Counted from the first letter of the whole stretch, positions 39,737 to 50,567 are shown. The stretch: DNA of 63,999 bases, filler included, from an uncultured bacterium (GCA_964637655.1; 16 parts of 16 records of this genome joined end to end with filler, not necessarily neighbours in it); one strand, 5' to 3'. A program made the numbers and translations. Notes: a model not told the origin generated them from the sequence alone.

Positions 39737-41292
39737 ATGAACTGGCTGTTGCTGGTTGCTTTCATCACCGTCAGTTGCCTTCTGCTGTTCCTGCTGCTTC
39801 GCAATCGCGCAGCGCATCGCGTACTGGAAAAACGCGCCGCAGAACTCGATACCTATTTCAATACCGCCGTCGATCTCTTCTGCATTGCCGACCTGCAGGG
39901 GCGTTTCATGCGCCTCAACCCGCAATGGGAGCTGACGCTCGGCTGCCCGCTGCAGGAACTCACCGGGCGGCAGTTCATGGAATTCGTCCATCCTGACGAC
40001 GTGCGCGTGACGGAGAGCGCGGTGGCGACCCTCGCTGCTGACCGCCCGGTGCTCAACTTTGTCAACCGCTACCGGCACCGCAACGGCGCCTGGCGCTGGC
40101 TGGAGTGGCGCTCCTTTGCCCGCGACGGGGTCATCTACGCCGCGGCGCGCGACGTCACCGAACGCGAGCAGGCGGAAGCCGAAAACCGCGAGAGCACGCG
40201 GCGGCTCAACGAGGCGCAGGCGCAGGCGCACCTCGGACACTGGGAACTCGATTTGCGCACCAATCGTCTCGTCTGGTCGGACGAAACCTACCGCATCTTC
40301 GGCCTCAAGCTGCAGGAATTTGCCGCCACGTATGAGGCGTTCCTCGAAGTTATCCATCCCGACGACCGCGCGCTGGTCAACACCACCTACACCGAGTCGG
40401 TGCGCAACCGCGTTCCCTACCTCATCGTCCACCGCCTGCGGCTGCGCGATGGCACCATCAAGCACGTGCGCGAAAACTGCCGTACGGAATATGCTCCCGA
40501 CGGCACCCCGCTGCGCTCGCTCGGCACGGTGCAGGACGTGACGGAGCGCATCAAGGCGCAGCAGGCGATGGTCGAGAGCGAGGAACGCTACCGTGGTCTC
40601 TTCAACTCGATGACCTCGGGCTTTGCCCTGCACGAGATCATCCTCGACGCTGATGCTGTGCCCTGCGATTACCGCTTCCTCGAAGTCAATCCCGCCCTTG
40701 AGCGCATCACCGGGCTCAAGGTGGCCGGCCTCATCGGGCGGCGGGTACTCGAAGTGTTGCCTGACACCGAGAAGTACTGGGTCGAGACCTACGGGAAAGT
40801 GGCGTTGGGCGGCCCGCCCGTTCATTTCGAGAATTATGCCGCCGCACTCGACCGCTGGTTTGCCGTCAGTGCCTACTCGCCCAAGCCGCGGCAGTTCGCG
40901 GTTATCGTTGACGACATCACCACGCGCAAGCAGATGGAACAGGCGCTGCGCGAGAGCGAGCAGCGTATCCAGCACAAGCTCAACGAGTTGACCGCGCCGG
41001 AAGGAGGCATCGAGGCGCTCGACCTTGGTGACATCATCGATGTGCCCGCCATACAGAACCTGATGAACCTCTTCCATGCCTTGACCGGGCTGCCCATCGG
41101 CATCATCGACATGGCGGGTAAGGTGCTGGTCGGCACCGGCTGGCAGCAGGCCTGTACGGAGTTTCACCGTCGCCATCCGGAGACGCTGCACAACTGTCTC
41201 GAGTGCGATACGGTGCTCACCCGTGACATTCCGCACGGCACCTTCCGCGCCTACCGCTGCAAAAACGGCATGGTCGACCTGGCGACCCCGCT
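39737..41292 (+). CDS. TM + 3xPAS + PocR-domain sensor (3' truncated)
   Basis: HPDD PAS motifs; DYRFLEVN PAS; PocR-like GWQQACTEFHR...NCLECD...YRCKNG. Confidence 0.85.
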
Positions 41293-41392
41293 NNNNNNNN
41301 NNNNNNNNNNNNNNNNNNNNNNNNNNNNNNNNNNNNTTAATTAATTAANNNNNNNNNNNNNNNNNNNNNNNNNNNNNNNNNNNNNNNNNNNN

Positions 41393-41630
41393 CATCGCGC
41401 AGCAGCCGGAGATCCGCGCCGTGGCGGAATACGCGCCGCTGCAGGCGCTGACAACCGACACGGAACTGCGCCGCCGCGCGCAGCAGGGCGATATTGCGGG
41501 GATGCTCAACGACCCGCAGGTGACCGCGCTGCTGCGCGACCCGGAATTCCGGCGCCGCCTGCAGGCCATCGACCTGCAGGCGCTGGCCGATACGCTGCAC
41601 CTGCCGCTGCCGGTGTTCCCGCCGCACTGA
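41393..41630 (+). CDS. Hypothetical protein, C-terminal fragment
   Basis: Frame open from the contig start with typical codon usage. Confidence 0.45.
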
Positions 41631-41756
41631 CCGCGGTCATCCCGCCCGATATGCTATACTTGCGGCGTATTGCCACCCTCACCCTTTCCTCTCTCTGAGG
41701 GGGAAGGTTGGATGAGGGTGCATGGATACCTTGCGGCGGAGAAGAGAACGACCGGC

Positions 41757-42791
41757 ATGGCTATGGATATTACCCACCTGACCCCGCGCGAACTGTACGC
41801 CCGCTTCGCCACGCAACCCGACCTGTGGGAGCGGCGGTTCTACTACTGGTTCTCGGTGCGCCTGCTCAGGCCGGCGGCGCGCTCCGGGCTGACCCCGGAC
41901 GATGTCACCGCTGTCTCACTCGTCACCGGGGTGACGGCGGCGCTGCTGCTCTTCCCGCGCTTCGGCTGGTGGCTCAACCTGCTCGGGGTGCTGCTGCTCA
42001 ACTTCTCCAATGTCTGCGACGCGCTCGACGGGCAGCTGGCGCGGGTGCGCAGCCAGTACTCGCCGCTCGGCTGGCTGTGGGATGTCATCGTCGACCAGGT
42101 CAAGATCCTCGCGGTCACCTGTGCGCTGATCTTCACCGCGGAGAGCCAGTTTACCGTCATGCTCGGCTGGATGTTTCTTGTCGTGCTCGCCCTCAAGCAT
42201 TTCTTCCATTTCTACCTCGAGCATCATGCCCCGGCCAAGGTGTGGAATTTCACCCCGGAGGCGGAAGCCGGGGAGAAGGCGGAACTGCTGCATGACGCCT
42301 GCCTGCTGGTCGACCGCGTGCTCTACCGGGCGAAACTCGGGCTGCTCACCGTCGGTGAATTCTACCTGATCATTTCGCTGGCGGTGCTCTTTGCGGTGCC
42401 GGACCTGGCCATCATCCTGCTGCTGCTCTATGCGTTGTTCGGGCTGGTCTTCACCATCGCGCGGCATGCCACGCGCATCGCCTGGCTGCAGCCGCGCCTG
42501 TCGCAACTCCGGCTGCAGGGGGCGTCGTTCTATATCTTCGGGGCGGGGAGCGCGGGCAAGGCGGTGCTCTTCCGCCTGCGCCGGACCGGGCTCGACGCCA
42601 AGCTCTTCCTCGACAACAATGCCGCGCTCTCGGGGACGCAGGTGGAGGGGGTGCCGGTGGTGCTCCCGTCGGAACTGAAATCCGAACTGCCCGCTGACCG
42701 CGTCATTCTCATCGCCTCGCTCGCCCGCTATGATATCGAACGCCAGCTGCGCGAGGCGGGTTTCCCCGCGGCGAACCTGATCCACGTCTGA
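41757..42791 (+). CDS. CDP-alcohol phosphatidyltransferase with C-terminal Rossmann-like domain
   Basis: TPDDVT, DALDGQLAR...G..WD..VD; C-terminal YIFGAGSAG, FLDNN, VEGVPV. Confidence 0.82.
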   Translation: MAMDITHLTPRELYARFATQPDLWERRFYYWFSVRLLRPAARSGLTPDDVTAVSLVTGVTAALLLFPRFGWWLNLLGVLLLNFSNVCDALDGQLARVRSQYSPLGWLWDVIVDQVKILAVTCALIFTAESQFTVMLGWMFLVVLALKHFFHFYLEHHAPAKVWNFTPEAEAGEKAELLHDACLLVDRVLYRAKLGLLTVGEFYLIISLAVLFAVPDLAIILLLLYALFGLVFTIARHATRIAWLQPRLSQLRLQGASFYIFGAGSAGKAVLFRLRRTGLDAKLFLDNNAALSGTQVEGVPVVLPSELKSELPADRVILIASLARYDIERQLREAGFPAANLIHV

Positions 42792-44140
42792 TGCTCCCCG
42801 TCGCGGTCGTCATCTGCCACCACAACCGTCCGGGGGTGCTGCGCCCGCTGCTCGATTCACTGCGCGCGCAGACCGTTGCCGCTGACCTGCGCCTGTTTGT
42901 CGTCGATAACGGCAGCACGGATGGCAGCAGTGCGGAGGCGGTCGCCGACGATGTGACGGTGCTGCCGACGGGGCGCAATCTCGGGGGTACCGGCGGTTTC
43001 AATTTCGGGCTGGCGGAAGTCATGCAGCGCGGCGGGTATGGCGCGGTGCTGCTGCTCGACAATGACGTGACGCTGGCCCCTGACGCGGTGGCACACCTCG
43101 TCGCGGTGCTGGCAAAGAAGCCGCGGGCCGGGATGGTGACCGGGACGGTGCTCTTCGCGCATGACCCGGAACTCATCCAGGAGACGGGGGCGCTGCTGCT
43201 GCCGCAGACGGGCTGGCTGCTGCCGCGTTTCCACCGCCGCTACGACGACGGCACGTTCGTCGATACGGTGGCCGTCGATTACGCGGGTGCCTGCATGCTC
43301 ATGATACGCGCGGAGACGCTCGCCGATATCGGGCAGATGGATGACGATTACTTTCTTTACTGGGACGATATCGACTGGTGCTGCCGCGCGCGTGAGCAGG
43401 GGCGGGAGGTCATTGCCGCGCCCGCGGCACGCGCCTGGCATGCGGGTGGGCTGAACGTCCGGCGCACCACCGCCTACCACTACTACAAACTGCGCAACCG
43501 CGTCCGCTTCTGGCGGCGCTGGGCGGGGAGCGGCATCTGCGGCGGCGAGGAATGCGCGTACTGGCCCGGTATCATCGCGGCCATCGGGCGCGAGACCGCG
43601 ATGATGCTGGCGGTGACCCGCGCGCAGGGACGTGCGGCGATTGCCGATACGCTGCTCGATGCCCTGCGTGATGCCGCGGCGGGTATCGGCGGGCCGGCAC
43701 CCGACGGGCGCATCCGCAACGTCGCTGCCGGACCGCCGCCCCCCGTGCTGTACTCGCCCGTGGCCATCCTCGACTGGGAGACGGACGACGAGACGCGCTA
43801 CCAGACCGTGTTCCGCGCGACGGAACTGCTGCGGCAGTGGCAGCCGGATGCGGATATCCGCTTTCTTACCTCAGCGCCCCCGCTGCACGACCTTACCTTG
43901 CTGCTCAAGCGGCGGCAGGTGGCGCAGTCGCAGCGTGCCGACATCTTCTACGGGACGGTCGTGGCGCTGTGCGAGCATGCGTGGTGCAACCGCGACAACG
44001 CCATGGCGCAGCAGGTGACGCCGGAAAAGGTGCTCTGGCTCGACCGCCACAGCAACCATGCGCGCGGTACGCAGCCGCCCCTGGCCGCGGCGCCTGACGC
44101 TGAACTGCAGAGCATCCTCGCGCGCCTGGCGGAACTCTGA
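42791..44140 (+). CDS. GT2 glycosyltransferase with C-terminal extension
   Basis: VVDNGSTDGS, NLGGTGGFN, LDND, GACMLM, YFLYWDDIDW. Confidence 0.88.
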   Translation: MLPVAVVICHHNRPGVLRPLLDSLRAQTVAADLRLFVVDNGSTDGSSAEAVADDVTVLPTGRNLGGTGGFNFGLAEVMQRGGYGAVLLLDNDVTLAPDAVAHLVAVLAKKPRAGMVTGTVLFAHDPELIQETGALLLPQTGWLLPRFHRRYDDGTFVDTVAVDYAGACMLMIRAETLADIGQMDDDYFLYWDDIDWCCRAREQGREVIAAPAARAWHAGGLNVRRTTAYHYYKLRNRVRFWRRWAGSGICGGEECAYWPGIIAAIGRETAMMLAVTRAQGRAAIADTLLDALRDAAAGIGGPAPDGRIRNVAAGPPPPVLYSPVAILDWETDDETRYQTVFRATELLRQWQPDADIRFLTSAPPLHDLTLLLKRRQVAQSQRADIFYGTVVALCEHAWCNRDNAMAQQVTPEKVLWLDRHSNHARGTQPPLAAAPDAELQSILARLAEL

Positions 44141-44276
44141 CAGCGGGGTGACAAAGCGGTACCCCGGGCGCCACGATGACTGCCGGCAGGGTGTAAGAGC
44201 CGACCGGCGGTGACTTGCTCCGGCAGGCCGCGGGCAGTGTCCGACACGTCGCGGCGACGGCTATGGTGCGGGAAAT

Positions 44277-44615
44277 CTACGAACTGCCGCCGTACGTCAT
44301 GAAAGACAGTCCGGGAGGGCCGCAGTCCTGCGATTCTTCGGTGGCGGGAAACCAGGCGCGCGGATCGAGGTTGAGTTTGTCGGGTAGAATGTACTTGAGT
44401 TCCTGCAGCAATCGCGTACCGGCTGCGAACGGCGTCCTGCCGTTCGCTGGCAAGCGGTAAAGATACACCAGCGTACCCCCGGAAATGACGGTGAGCAGCA
44501 CGCCGCCGGCAATGAGCGCCTCGATCCGCCGGTTCCGGATTTTCTCGCCGGTATTTCCCTGCGGGTATTTGACCCCGTCATAGCCGTTGATTTTACGCAG
44601 TTCATTATCGGGCAT
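44277..44615 (-). CDS. Small single-TM protein coupled to a radical SAM gene
   Basis: GGAGG RBS; start overlaps the rSAM stop; MPDNELRKINGYDGVKYPQG...TM...DCGPPGLSFMTYGGSS. Confidence 0.6.
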   Translation of the reverse strand: MPDNELRKINGYDGVKYPQGNTGEKIRNRRIEALIAGGVLLTVISGGTLVYLYRLPANGRTPFAAGTRLLQELKYILPDKLNLDPRAWFPATEESQDCGPPGLSFMTYGGSS

Positions 44616-45350
44616 CGGTGGCCTCCGGGCAGAGAGACTGGCTGACCGCACGGTCGAGCATGTAATCGACTGCATAGAAACGATGCAGAAAATATTCCGG
44701 ATCGGCAGCATACAAGTCGTTCGCCAGCTCATCCACGACGGGGATCAGGCGCCGGTCATGTTCGCAGACAATCTGCGGTACTGTTTCGATCTTTCCGGTG
44801 TTTTTCCAGTTGGTGCAGCCGCACCAGTTGGTACACCGTCCGTTGAAATCACAATTCGCGCATTGTGCCCGGGGGCTGCAGTTCCGTTCGACGCAGGCCG
44901 GACGGTTGCGGTTGAAACCGGTGTAGATGTCACCAAGTTCGAATTCTGAACCGGCAGGGCAGTTGGTGACAAATTGCACGCACGGGTAGAGCTTGCCCGA
45001 CACATCGATCGCCACCTGCGTATTGGCCAGATCGCAGATTTTCCTGGGGCCGTCGAGCCGGCGTATCCCGGTATGGATCCGGTCTTCAATAGGATTGAGA
45101 TAGACCGGCAGGTGACGGTTGAACAGTTCCCGGTAGACCGAAGCCATCTCGCGATAGACATCGGTCAGTTCATCAAGTTCGGCGGCAGTCCATGCCTCGT
45201 TGTAGTTGAAGGAAAAAATGATGTTCTGATGACCGGCGTCAATGAACTCCTTGAGCAGGGGGATGGTGTTGCGGTAGTTGTGCCGGGTCGTCACGCGGGT
45301 CATGATTACCCCGGGGAAATGCTTCCTGATCAGGGCATGGGGGAATTGCC
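44605..45350 (-). CDS. Radical SAM/SPASM protein, C-terminal part
   Basis: SPASM cysteines CDLAN...GKLYPC...CANC...CTNWCGC...VC. The CxxxCxxC motif lies beyond the contig edge. Confidence 0.85.
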
Positions 45351-45450
45351 NNNNNNNNNNNNNNNNNNNNNNNNNNNNNNNNNNNNNNNNNNNNTTAATT
45401 AATTAANNNNNNNNNNNNNNNNNNNNNNNNNNNNNNNNNNNNNNNNNNNN

Positions 45451-45852
45451 CTCGACCGCAGCAAAGAGACGCCGGCCGCTGTCGGCATAGAGAACGTTTT
45501 CACCCGCTTCGAACTGCACGGCAGCGGCACTATCCGCCAGCGAGGCAGCGACAAGCTGCCCCGCATGCACGCTGAGGTGCGCCATGTTGCCCATGACCAG
45601 CAGGGCCCGCAATTCAGCAGTCGTCAGTTCGTTTTCGGTCGTCCAGGGAAAGGTATAAAGCAAAGAGCCGCTGCCGTCACGGGCATCACTGTCAGCCGGT
45701 GCAGTGCTCACCCCTGACGGGGTCAACTGGACCGTGCGCGACGTTTCCGTAGTCTGCAGTCCGCTGCGCAGCGTCGCGAGGCGCTGTTCCATCGCCGCCA
45801 GTTCATCCAGTTGCGGCGCTGCAGGTTGTCCGGTTTCCGGTTTATCCGCCAT
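45451..45852 (-). CDS. Hypothetical protein (3' truncated)
   Basis: TTGACG-17-TAGTAT promoter and GGAGG RBS; N-terminal coiled coil. Confidence 0.55.
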
Positions 45853-45945
45853 CAGGCCGTGTGCGCCCTCCGCTTGCCGCCACGCATACTACTACAACCA
45901 CCCAAAGCCGTCAATCCGCAGGAAAATTGCACAGCAAGAATACCG

Positions 45946-46578
45946 TCATGCGCGCCGCGCGACAGCCAGGAACACCGGGTACTCGCGCGTGCCGCCCGGC
46001 GCCGGCTTACGCACGCACCAGGCATCGTGGAACACGATTTCCCGGAATCCCGCCGTACCCAGTTGGGCCTGCAGTGCTGTGCGGGCAAACCCGTTGTGGA
46101 AGACGCCGGTGGCGTCCGGGTGGAAGCTGCCATCCTCCGCATCGAGGTCCGCGAGACCCAGCCAGCCGCCCGGTTGCAGTCGGGCGTGCAGCGCCTGCAG
46201 CAGGCGTTGCGTGTCGCGCACATGATGCAGCGCCATGGCGCTGACGATGGCGTTATACGGTCCGTCGGGCAATGAGTGCGTTTCCCCGTCGGCACAAACG
46301 CAGGAGACCTGCGGCAGATTCTGCTGCTGCGCCTTTTCCGCGAGGCGCGCGAGCATGGCGCCCGAGGCGTCCACCGCATCGATATGCCTGACCAGCGGTG
46401 CCAGTTGCAGCGTGACAAGGCCCGTGCCGGCCCCGAACTCCATAACGCGCCAGCCGGCAGCAAACAGCAACTGCGCGCGCAGCGCCGCAACCACTGCCTC
46501 TGCCAGCGCCACGCGCGTGGGATTAGTGTCCCACTCCGCCGCCTTCTCCGCAAATGGATCGGCTTTTTCCGTCTTCAT
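45946..46578 (-). CDS. Class I SAM-dependent methyltransferase
   Basis: FAEKAAEWD, EFGAGTG, VDAS..M, MALHH, DLDAEDGSFH, HNGF. Confidence 0.9.
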   Translation of the reverse strand: MKTEKADPFAEKAAEWDTNPTRVALAEAVVAALRAQLLFAAGWRVMEFGAGTGLVTLQLAPLVRHIDAVDASGAMLARLAEKAQQQNLPQVSCVCADGETHSLPDGPYNAIVSAMALHHVRDTQRLLQALHARLQPGGWLGLADLDAEDGSFHPDATGVFHNGFARTALQAQLGTAGFREIVFHDAWCVRKPAPGGTREYPVFLAVARRA

Positions 46579-47759
46579 CGCAGATTCCGCTCCCGTGCTT
46601 CCGCCCGCTCCCATTCGTCAAAGTTGACTGCCTGGGCAGCAGGCCAGTCAGCCAGACGGCAACTGAACGACTGGGCAAAGGTCTGGTTCCAGGTACTGAG
46701 CGTCAGTGTGTTATCCTGCTCATCGTACGCCTGCAGGCACCACCCGGGCAAACCATGACCGTAGGGGAAAGCAATCGCACCCACGACCCGGCCCATCCGG
46801 TTGAAAACGAGCATTCCCTCATTCCCGTCAGCAGGCCTCTCCACCGAAAGAACGGCATACTGATAGACCATGCCATAGTGCGGTGCTACCGCCGGGACGT
46901 GACGTATCTGCTGCACCAGTTCGAGACGGACTTGTGGCAGGGCAATCGTACGTAGCCGGCCTTCGCGGGCGGCGACAAAGGTCAGCGACAGCGTGGGCTG
47001 CCAGCCGACAACATCCGTAGCCGCGTAGCGTTCAATGACCGCATAGTCACCATCGGCAAAGGCCTGCCGGCGGATGCTGTAGCCGCCGCCAAACATCAGC
47101 GTGCGCGGCTGCCGGAAACCGCCGCCGCGCACCTGCATCCAGAACGTGCGCGGCAGCCATGAAACGATATTCCCCCCCTCGCTCCACGCCGTCACTTCCG
47201 CACCGCAGGGAAAGTGTTCCGTGGCACGCATACCCGGAAATTCACTCGTCGCGAAATAGAACGGCAGCGACCAAAGGTTGGCTACGGCTACGCCGGCGAT
47301 GATGGTCAGGCGGACAACGCGCATGCCGAGCGGCAGCCGGCGCTGCCACTCCCAGCGCCGCGCAGCAACCAATACGATGAAGATAGCCGCCGCCCACCCG
47401 GCAGCCAGCAGGGCAATGGCCCGGTACCTGCCCGTGGGAATCAATTCCCGGCATTGCTCTGGCAGGAAACCAGCCGCCAGCATGCCGTCAATGTAGGACG
47501 CGTTCACCATCCAGAAAAGCAGCGGCATGCCCGGCCAAAGCCGGCTATGCCAGAAGTTAACCGGGATGACCATGACCCCGACAACAAGCGCCAGTAGCAG
47601 CGCGCGTACCAGCGGCTGGCGCCAGCCGGAAAACCAGGTCATCGGCCCCAAGGCGAGGCGCAGCAGCAGCCAGGCGAGCAGGGCGTAGACCGCCACCTGC
47701 GCGGCCAGCGCGTACAGTCCAAGCTGCCCGTAGACGGGCGTGTAGCCGGCTACTTCCAT
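46575..47759 (-). CDS. Hypothetical membrane protein
   Basis: About four N-terminal TMs plus a soluble domain; operon-like overlap with the methyltransferase. Confidence 0.6.
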   Translation of the reverse strand: MEVAGYTPVYGQLGLYALAAQVAVYALLAWLLLRLALGPMTWFSGWRQPLVRALLLALVVGVMVIPVNFWHSRLWPGMPLLFWMVNASYIDGMLAAGFLPEQCRELIPTGRYRAIALLAAGWAAAIFIVLVAARRWEWQRRLPLGMRVVRLTIIAGVAVANLWSLPFYFATSEFPGMRATEHFPCGAEVTAWSEGGNIVSWLPRTFWMQVRGGGFRQPRTLMFGGGYSIRRQAFADGDYAVIERYAATDVVGWQPTLSLTFVAAREGRLRTIALPQVRLELVQQIRHVPAVAPHYGMVYQYAVLSVERPADGNEGMLVFNRMGRVVGAIAFPYGHGLPGWCLQAYDEQDNTLTLSTWNQTFAQSFSCRLADWPAAQAVNFDEWERAEARERNLR

Positions 47760-47790
47760 GCGCCGTCCGAACGTTCGCGCGGGGACATCA

Positions 47791-48297
47791 TCACGGGACT
47801 ATTGGCTGCACGTCGATGATGCCGGCATTGGTGTCATGCCCGCGGGTCAGCACAGGATACGCCTGCGTCGTGCGCAGCAGGGGGCGCGTCGCATCGTCGA
47901 TCACCACCGACAGCGAGTAGTGATGTGACGGGTCAAGCGTGGCGGGATCATAGGCGAGAACAAACGGGTAGGAATCAGCGCGCGGGGCCTCGATTTCCTG
48001 CATGGCGACGACGCTGGCGGAGGCGTCCGCGAGCGTTACATCCTCAAGATGTATGATGAGCGCTACGCAATCCGGTTGGATCGTACCGGCGGGAACACGC
48101 ACGATGCCGGTAACCGCCGCGCCAGTCGCCCCGGCTGGTCTCGCCAGCACCACCCTGGCAACCGGCGGGACAACGGGACCATCGTAATCGCTCGTAATCA
48201 TCGGCCCAAAGAGTATGCTGAAAACCCAGCGCCCGGCCAGCAGTACGAGCAGCACGAGGGCTCCTGCGCCCGTCAGCCACCAGCCAATGCGTTGCAT
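47791..48297 (-). CDS. YbaY-like domain protein
   Basis: LEDVTLADASASVVA, PFVLAYDPA, HHYSLS, TTQAYPVLTRG. Confidence 0.75.
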   Translation of the reverse strand: MQRIGWWLTGAGALVLLVLLAGRWVFSILFGPMITSDYDGPVVPPVARVVLARPAGATGAAVTGIVRVPAGTIQPDCVALIIHLEDVTLADASASVVAMQEIEAPRADSYPFVLAYDPATLDPSHHYSLSVVIDDATRPLLRTTQAYPVLTRGHDTNAGIIDVQPIVP

Positions 48298-48324
48298 GTC
48301 CCGTCCTGACGGTTTATGCATGCT

Positions 48325-49074
48325 TCAGCACTGGTGGAGTTGCCAGTTACCGTCATAGGTGGCATAGGTGAAATGCTCCTGCAGGTCGCCTGTGTTGACG
48401 TACGTGTGCTGCTCGAAACCGCGCTGGAACGGGGCATGCGCATGCCCGAGAATAACTGCGTCATAGCCCGCGGCATGCTGGCGACGGGCGAAGTCCGCGA
48501 GCGGCTGTGGGTCGGGTGGATGCTGGCGGCGGCCGTGGGCGCGCGACAGGCGCGAGCAGGCAAGGGCCAGCGCACTCCCGGCACGGGCGGGGATGAGGCG
48601 GTAGAGCGCGACGCTCAAGGGTGAGCGCAGCAGACGCCGCAGCAGGCGATAGCCACCCTCGCGCGCCGCCAGCCCGTCACCATGCGCGACAAGGAAACGC
48701 TTCCCGTCATGGCGCAGTTCGAGCCGGTCGGGATAGAAGGCGAAACCGAAGGTGCGGGTCAGGTAGTCGCCGTACCAGCAGTCGTGGTTGCCGGCCAGGT
48801 AGTAGACCGGGCAGCGCGCCTGGCGGAGCTGCAGGAAGAGTTCGAGCGCGGGCTTATGTGCCGCAGGCACGTACGACCGGTAGCTGAAGCCGAAATCGAA
48901 CAGGTCGCCGAGGATGACCAGCGTGCCGCGCGCCGCGATGACCGCCGTGACAATCTGCTGCAACGCGGCGTGCTTGCGCGCCTCGGTTGCGGCATCGTCA
49001 GCCCCGAGGTGGGCATCGGAGACAAACCAGCAGGGGAAGGCAGTCAGATCGGCGTGCGGAGTGCTGTCGGTCAT
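48325..49074 (-). CDS. lpxH: UDP-2,3-diacylglucosamine diphosphatase (LpxH-like)
   Basis: SDAHLG, LGDLFD, GNHD, HGDG, GHAH, NTGD. TTGACA-18-TATGAT ends 7 nt before the ATG. Confidence 0.8.
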   Translation of the reverse strand: MTDSTPHADLTAFPCWFVSDAHLGADDAATEARKHAALQQIVTAVIAARGTLVILGDLFDFGFSYRSYVPAAHKPALELFLQLRQARCPVYYLAGNHDCWYGDYLTRTFGFAFYPDRLELRHDGKRFLVAHGDGLAAREGGYRLLRRLLRSPLSVALYRLIPARAGSALALACSRLSRAHGRRQHPPDPQPLADFARRQHAAGYDAVILGHAHAPFQRGFEQHTYVNTGDLQEHFTYATYDGNWQLHQC

Positions 49075-49180
49075 GGGTGCCATCATAAATGCCGCGCCTG
49101 CCGCCTGTCAACCGCCGGGAGGAGTTGCAGCGGGCAGCAAAGCAAGATAGGATGCCGCCACCCTACCTAAGGAGGCCATT

Positions 49181-49405
49181 ATGCGCCTGCTTTTCACCGC
49201 TGTCTGCTGTTCGCTGCTTTGTGCTGCCTGCACCGGGAACACTGCTGCTCCCACTCCTGCCGCCCCGCCCGCGGCCGCCCCGGCAACCCCGCAGGCGGCG
49301 GCCCCGGCAACAGCGCCGGCAACCGAACCGGCGGCAGCGCCTGCCGGGCAGGGCACGGTTGTCGATTTCATGGTGGTCAATGCCGGCAGCCCGGGCCTCC
49401 CGCTC
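49181..49405 (+). CDS. Lipoprotein with Pro/Ala linker (3' truncated)
   Basis: AGGAGG RBS, CAAC lipobox, PAAP-rich linker. Confidence 0.7.
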
Positions 49406-49681
49406 NNNNNNNNNNNNNNNNNNNNNNNNNNNNNNNNNNNNNNNNNNNNTTAATTAATTAANNNNNNNNNNNNNNNNNNNNNNNNNNNNNNNNNNNNNNN
49501 NNNNNCTTACCATATTGGGGTGAGGTTTTCTCCTTTTCCTCTACATGATAACTCCGTGGTGAAAGGCTGTACAGAAGATGCATTACCACGGGGCACACGG
49601 AGAACACGGAGGACGGCTGGAGAAAGAACGAGATGTTCCGGTCATGTTGACAGGGCGGTGCGGGCGAAGGATAATCACGAT

Positions 49682-50173
49682 ATGGCAGACACGGGGAAAA
49701 GCGGCAACAGCGGCTGGGTCTGGGCGGGCGCGGGATGCGGCTGCCTGCTGCTCGTGCTGGCCGCCGGCGTCGTGCTCGGCGCGGCGGCATGGTTCTGGTA
49801 TGCGCCGGGCGGTGCGGCGACGGTGCGACAGTGGGTGCCCGGCGTTCCGTCTGAACCGTCACTCCCCGGCCCCGCGGGCAACGGCATTCCGGCTGCCTAC
49901 GCGGGGACGTGGCTGGTGGTCGATGGTGACCCGACGGAACCGGCGACCCTCTACCTGCGCGTCGCGGGAAACCGCATCACCGGCACGGACCATCGCGGCG
50001 AAGCGACCATCGACCTGCGCGTCGCGGGCGGGGAGAACCTTGCCGGAACGATTACCGCGGAGGGACAGACCGTCCCCTGCACCGCCCAGATTTCCGCCGA
50101 CCGTACCTCGCTGATTCTGACCCTCGCCCCGCCCTCCAGCGAGTATTATACTGTCGTTCTGCGCCGTCAGTAG
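49682..50173 (+). CDS. Hypothetical membrane-anchored beta-rich protein
   Basis: GCGCLL TM anchor; YAGTW beta domain. TTGACA-17-GATAAT ends 6 nt before the ATG. Confidence 0.7.
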   Translation: MADTGKSGNSGWVWAGAGCGCLLLVLAAGVVLGAAAWFWYAPGGAATVRQWVPGVPSEPSLPGPAGNGIPAAYAGTWLVVDGDPTEPATLYLRVAGNRITGTDHRGEATIDLRVAGGENLAGTITAEGQTVPCTAQISADRTSLILTLAPPSSEYYTVVLRRQ

Positions 50174-50180
50174 GTGCGTC

Positions 50181-50567
50181 GTGAACGATGAACTGAAGAC
50201 CGTTTGCGGACTGATCATTCTCAACGTGCTGGTGGGCATGAGCGCCTACCAGGGTATCCGGCTGCTGCTGCGCTATCGTGCCCACCACCGGCGCGCCGAC
50301 CTGATTGCCGGATCGGTATTCACGTTTCTCGTGCCGGCGGCGCTGCTGGGGGTAATGTACAAACTGCTGGTGCTGCTGCAGCCGTTCGCAACTCCGGAAG
50401 AAGTGGTTGACGACACACGTTCTGCTATTAGCACGTGCTACATGTATGGTCCGATGCTGCTGCTGGAACGGAGCATGCTGCAGAAACTGCGGCAGCGCTG
50501 GCTGCGCTTCAAGCATCGGGGCCTCCTGTCAGCAGCGACGCGTGACGCGCTGCAGCGACGTGACTGA
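50181..50567 (+). CDS. Small 2-TM protein with STCYMYGP motif
   Basis: Two hydrophobic helices, then a soluble tail; its stop overlaps the start of the rSAM gene. Confidence 0.65.
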   Translation: MNDELKTVCGLIILNVLVGMSAYQGIRLLLRYRAHHRRADLIAGSVFTFLVPAALLGVMYKLLVLLQPFATPEEVVDDTRSAISTCYMYGPMLLLERSMLQKLRQRWLRFKHRGLLSAATRDALQRRD

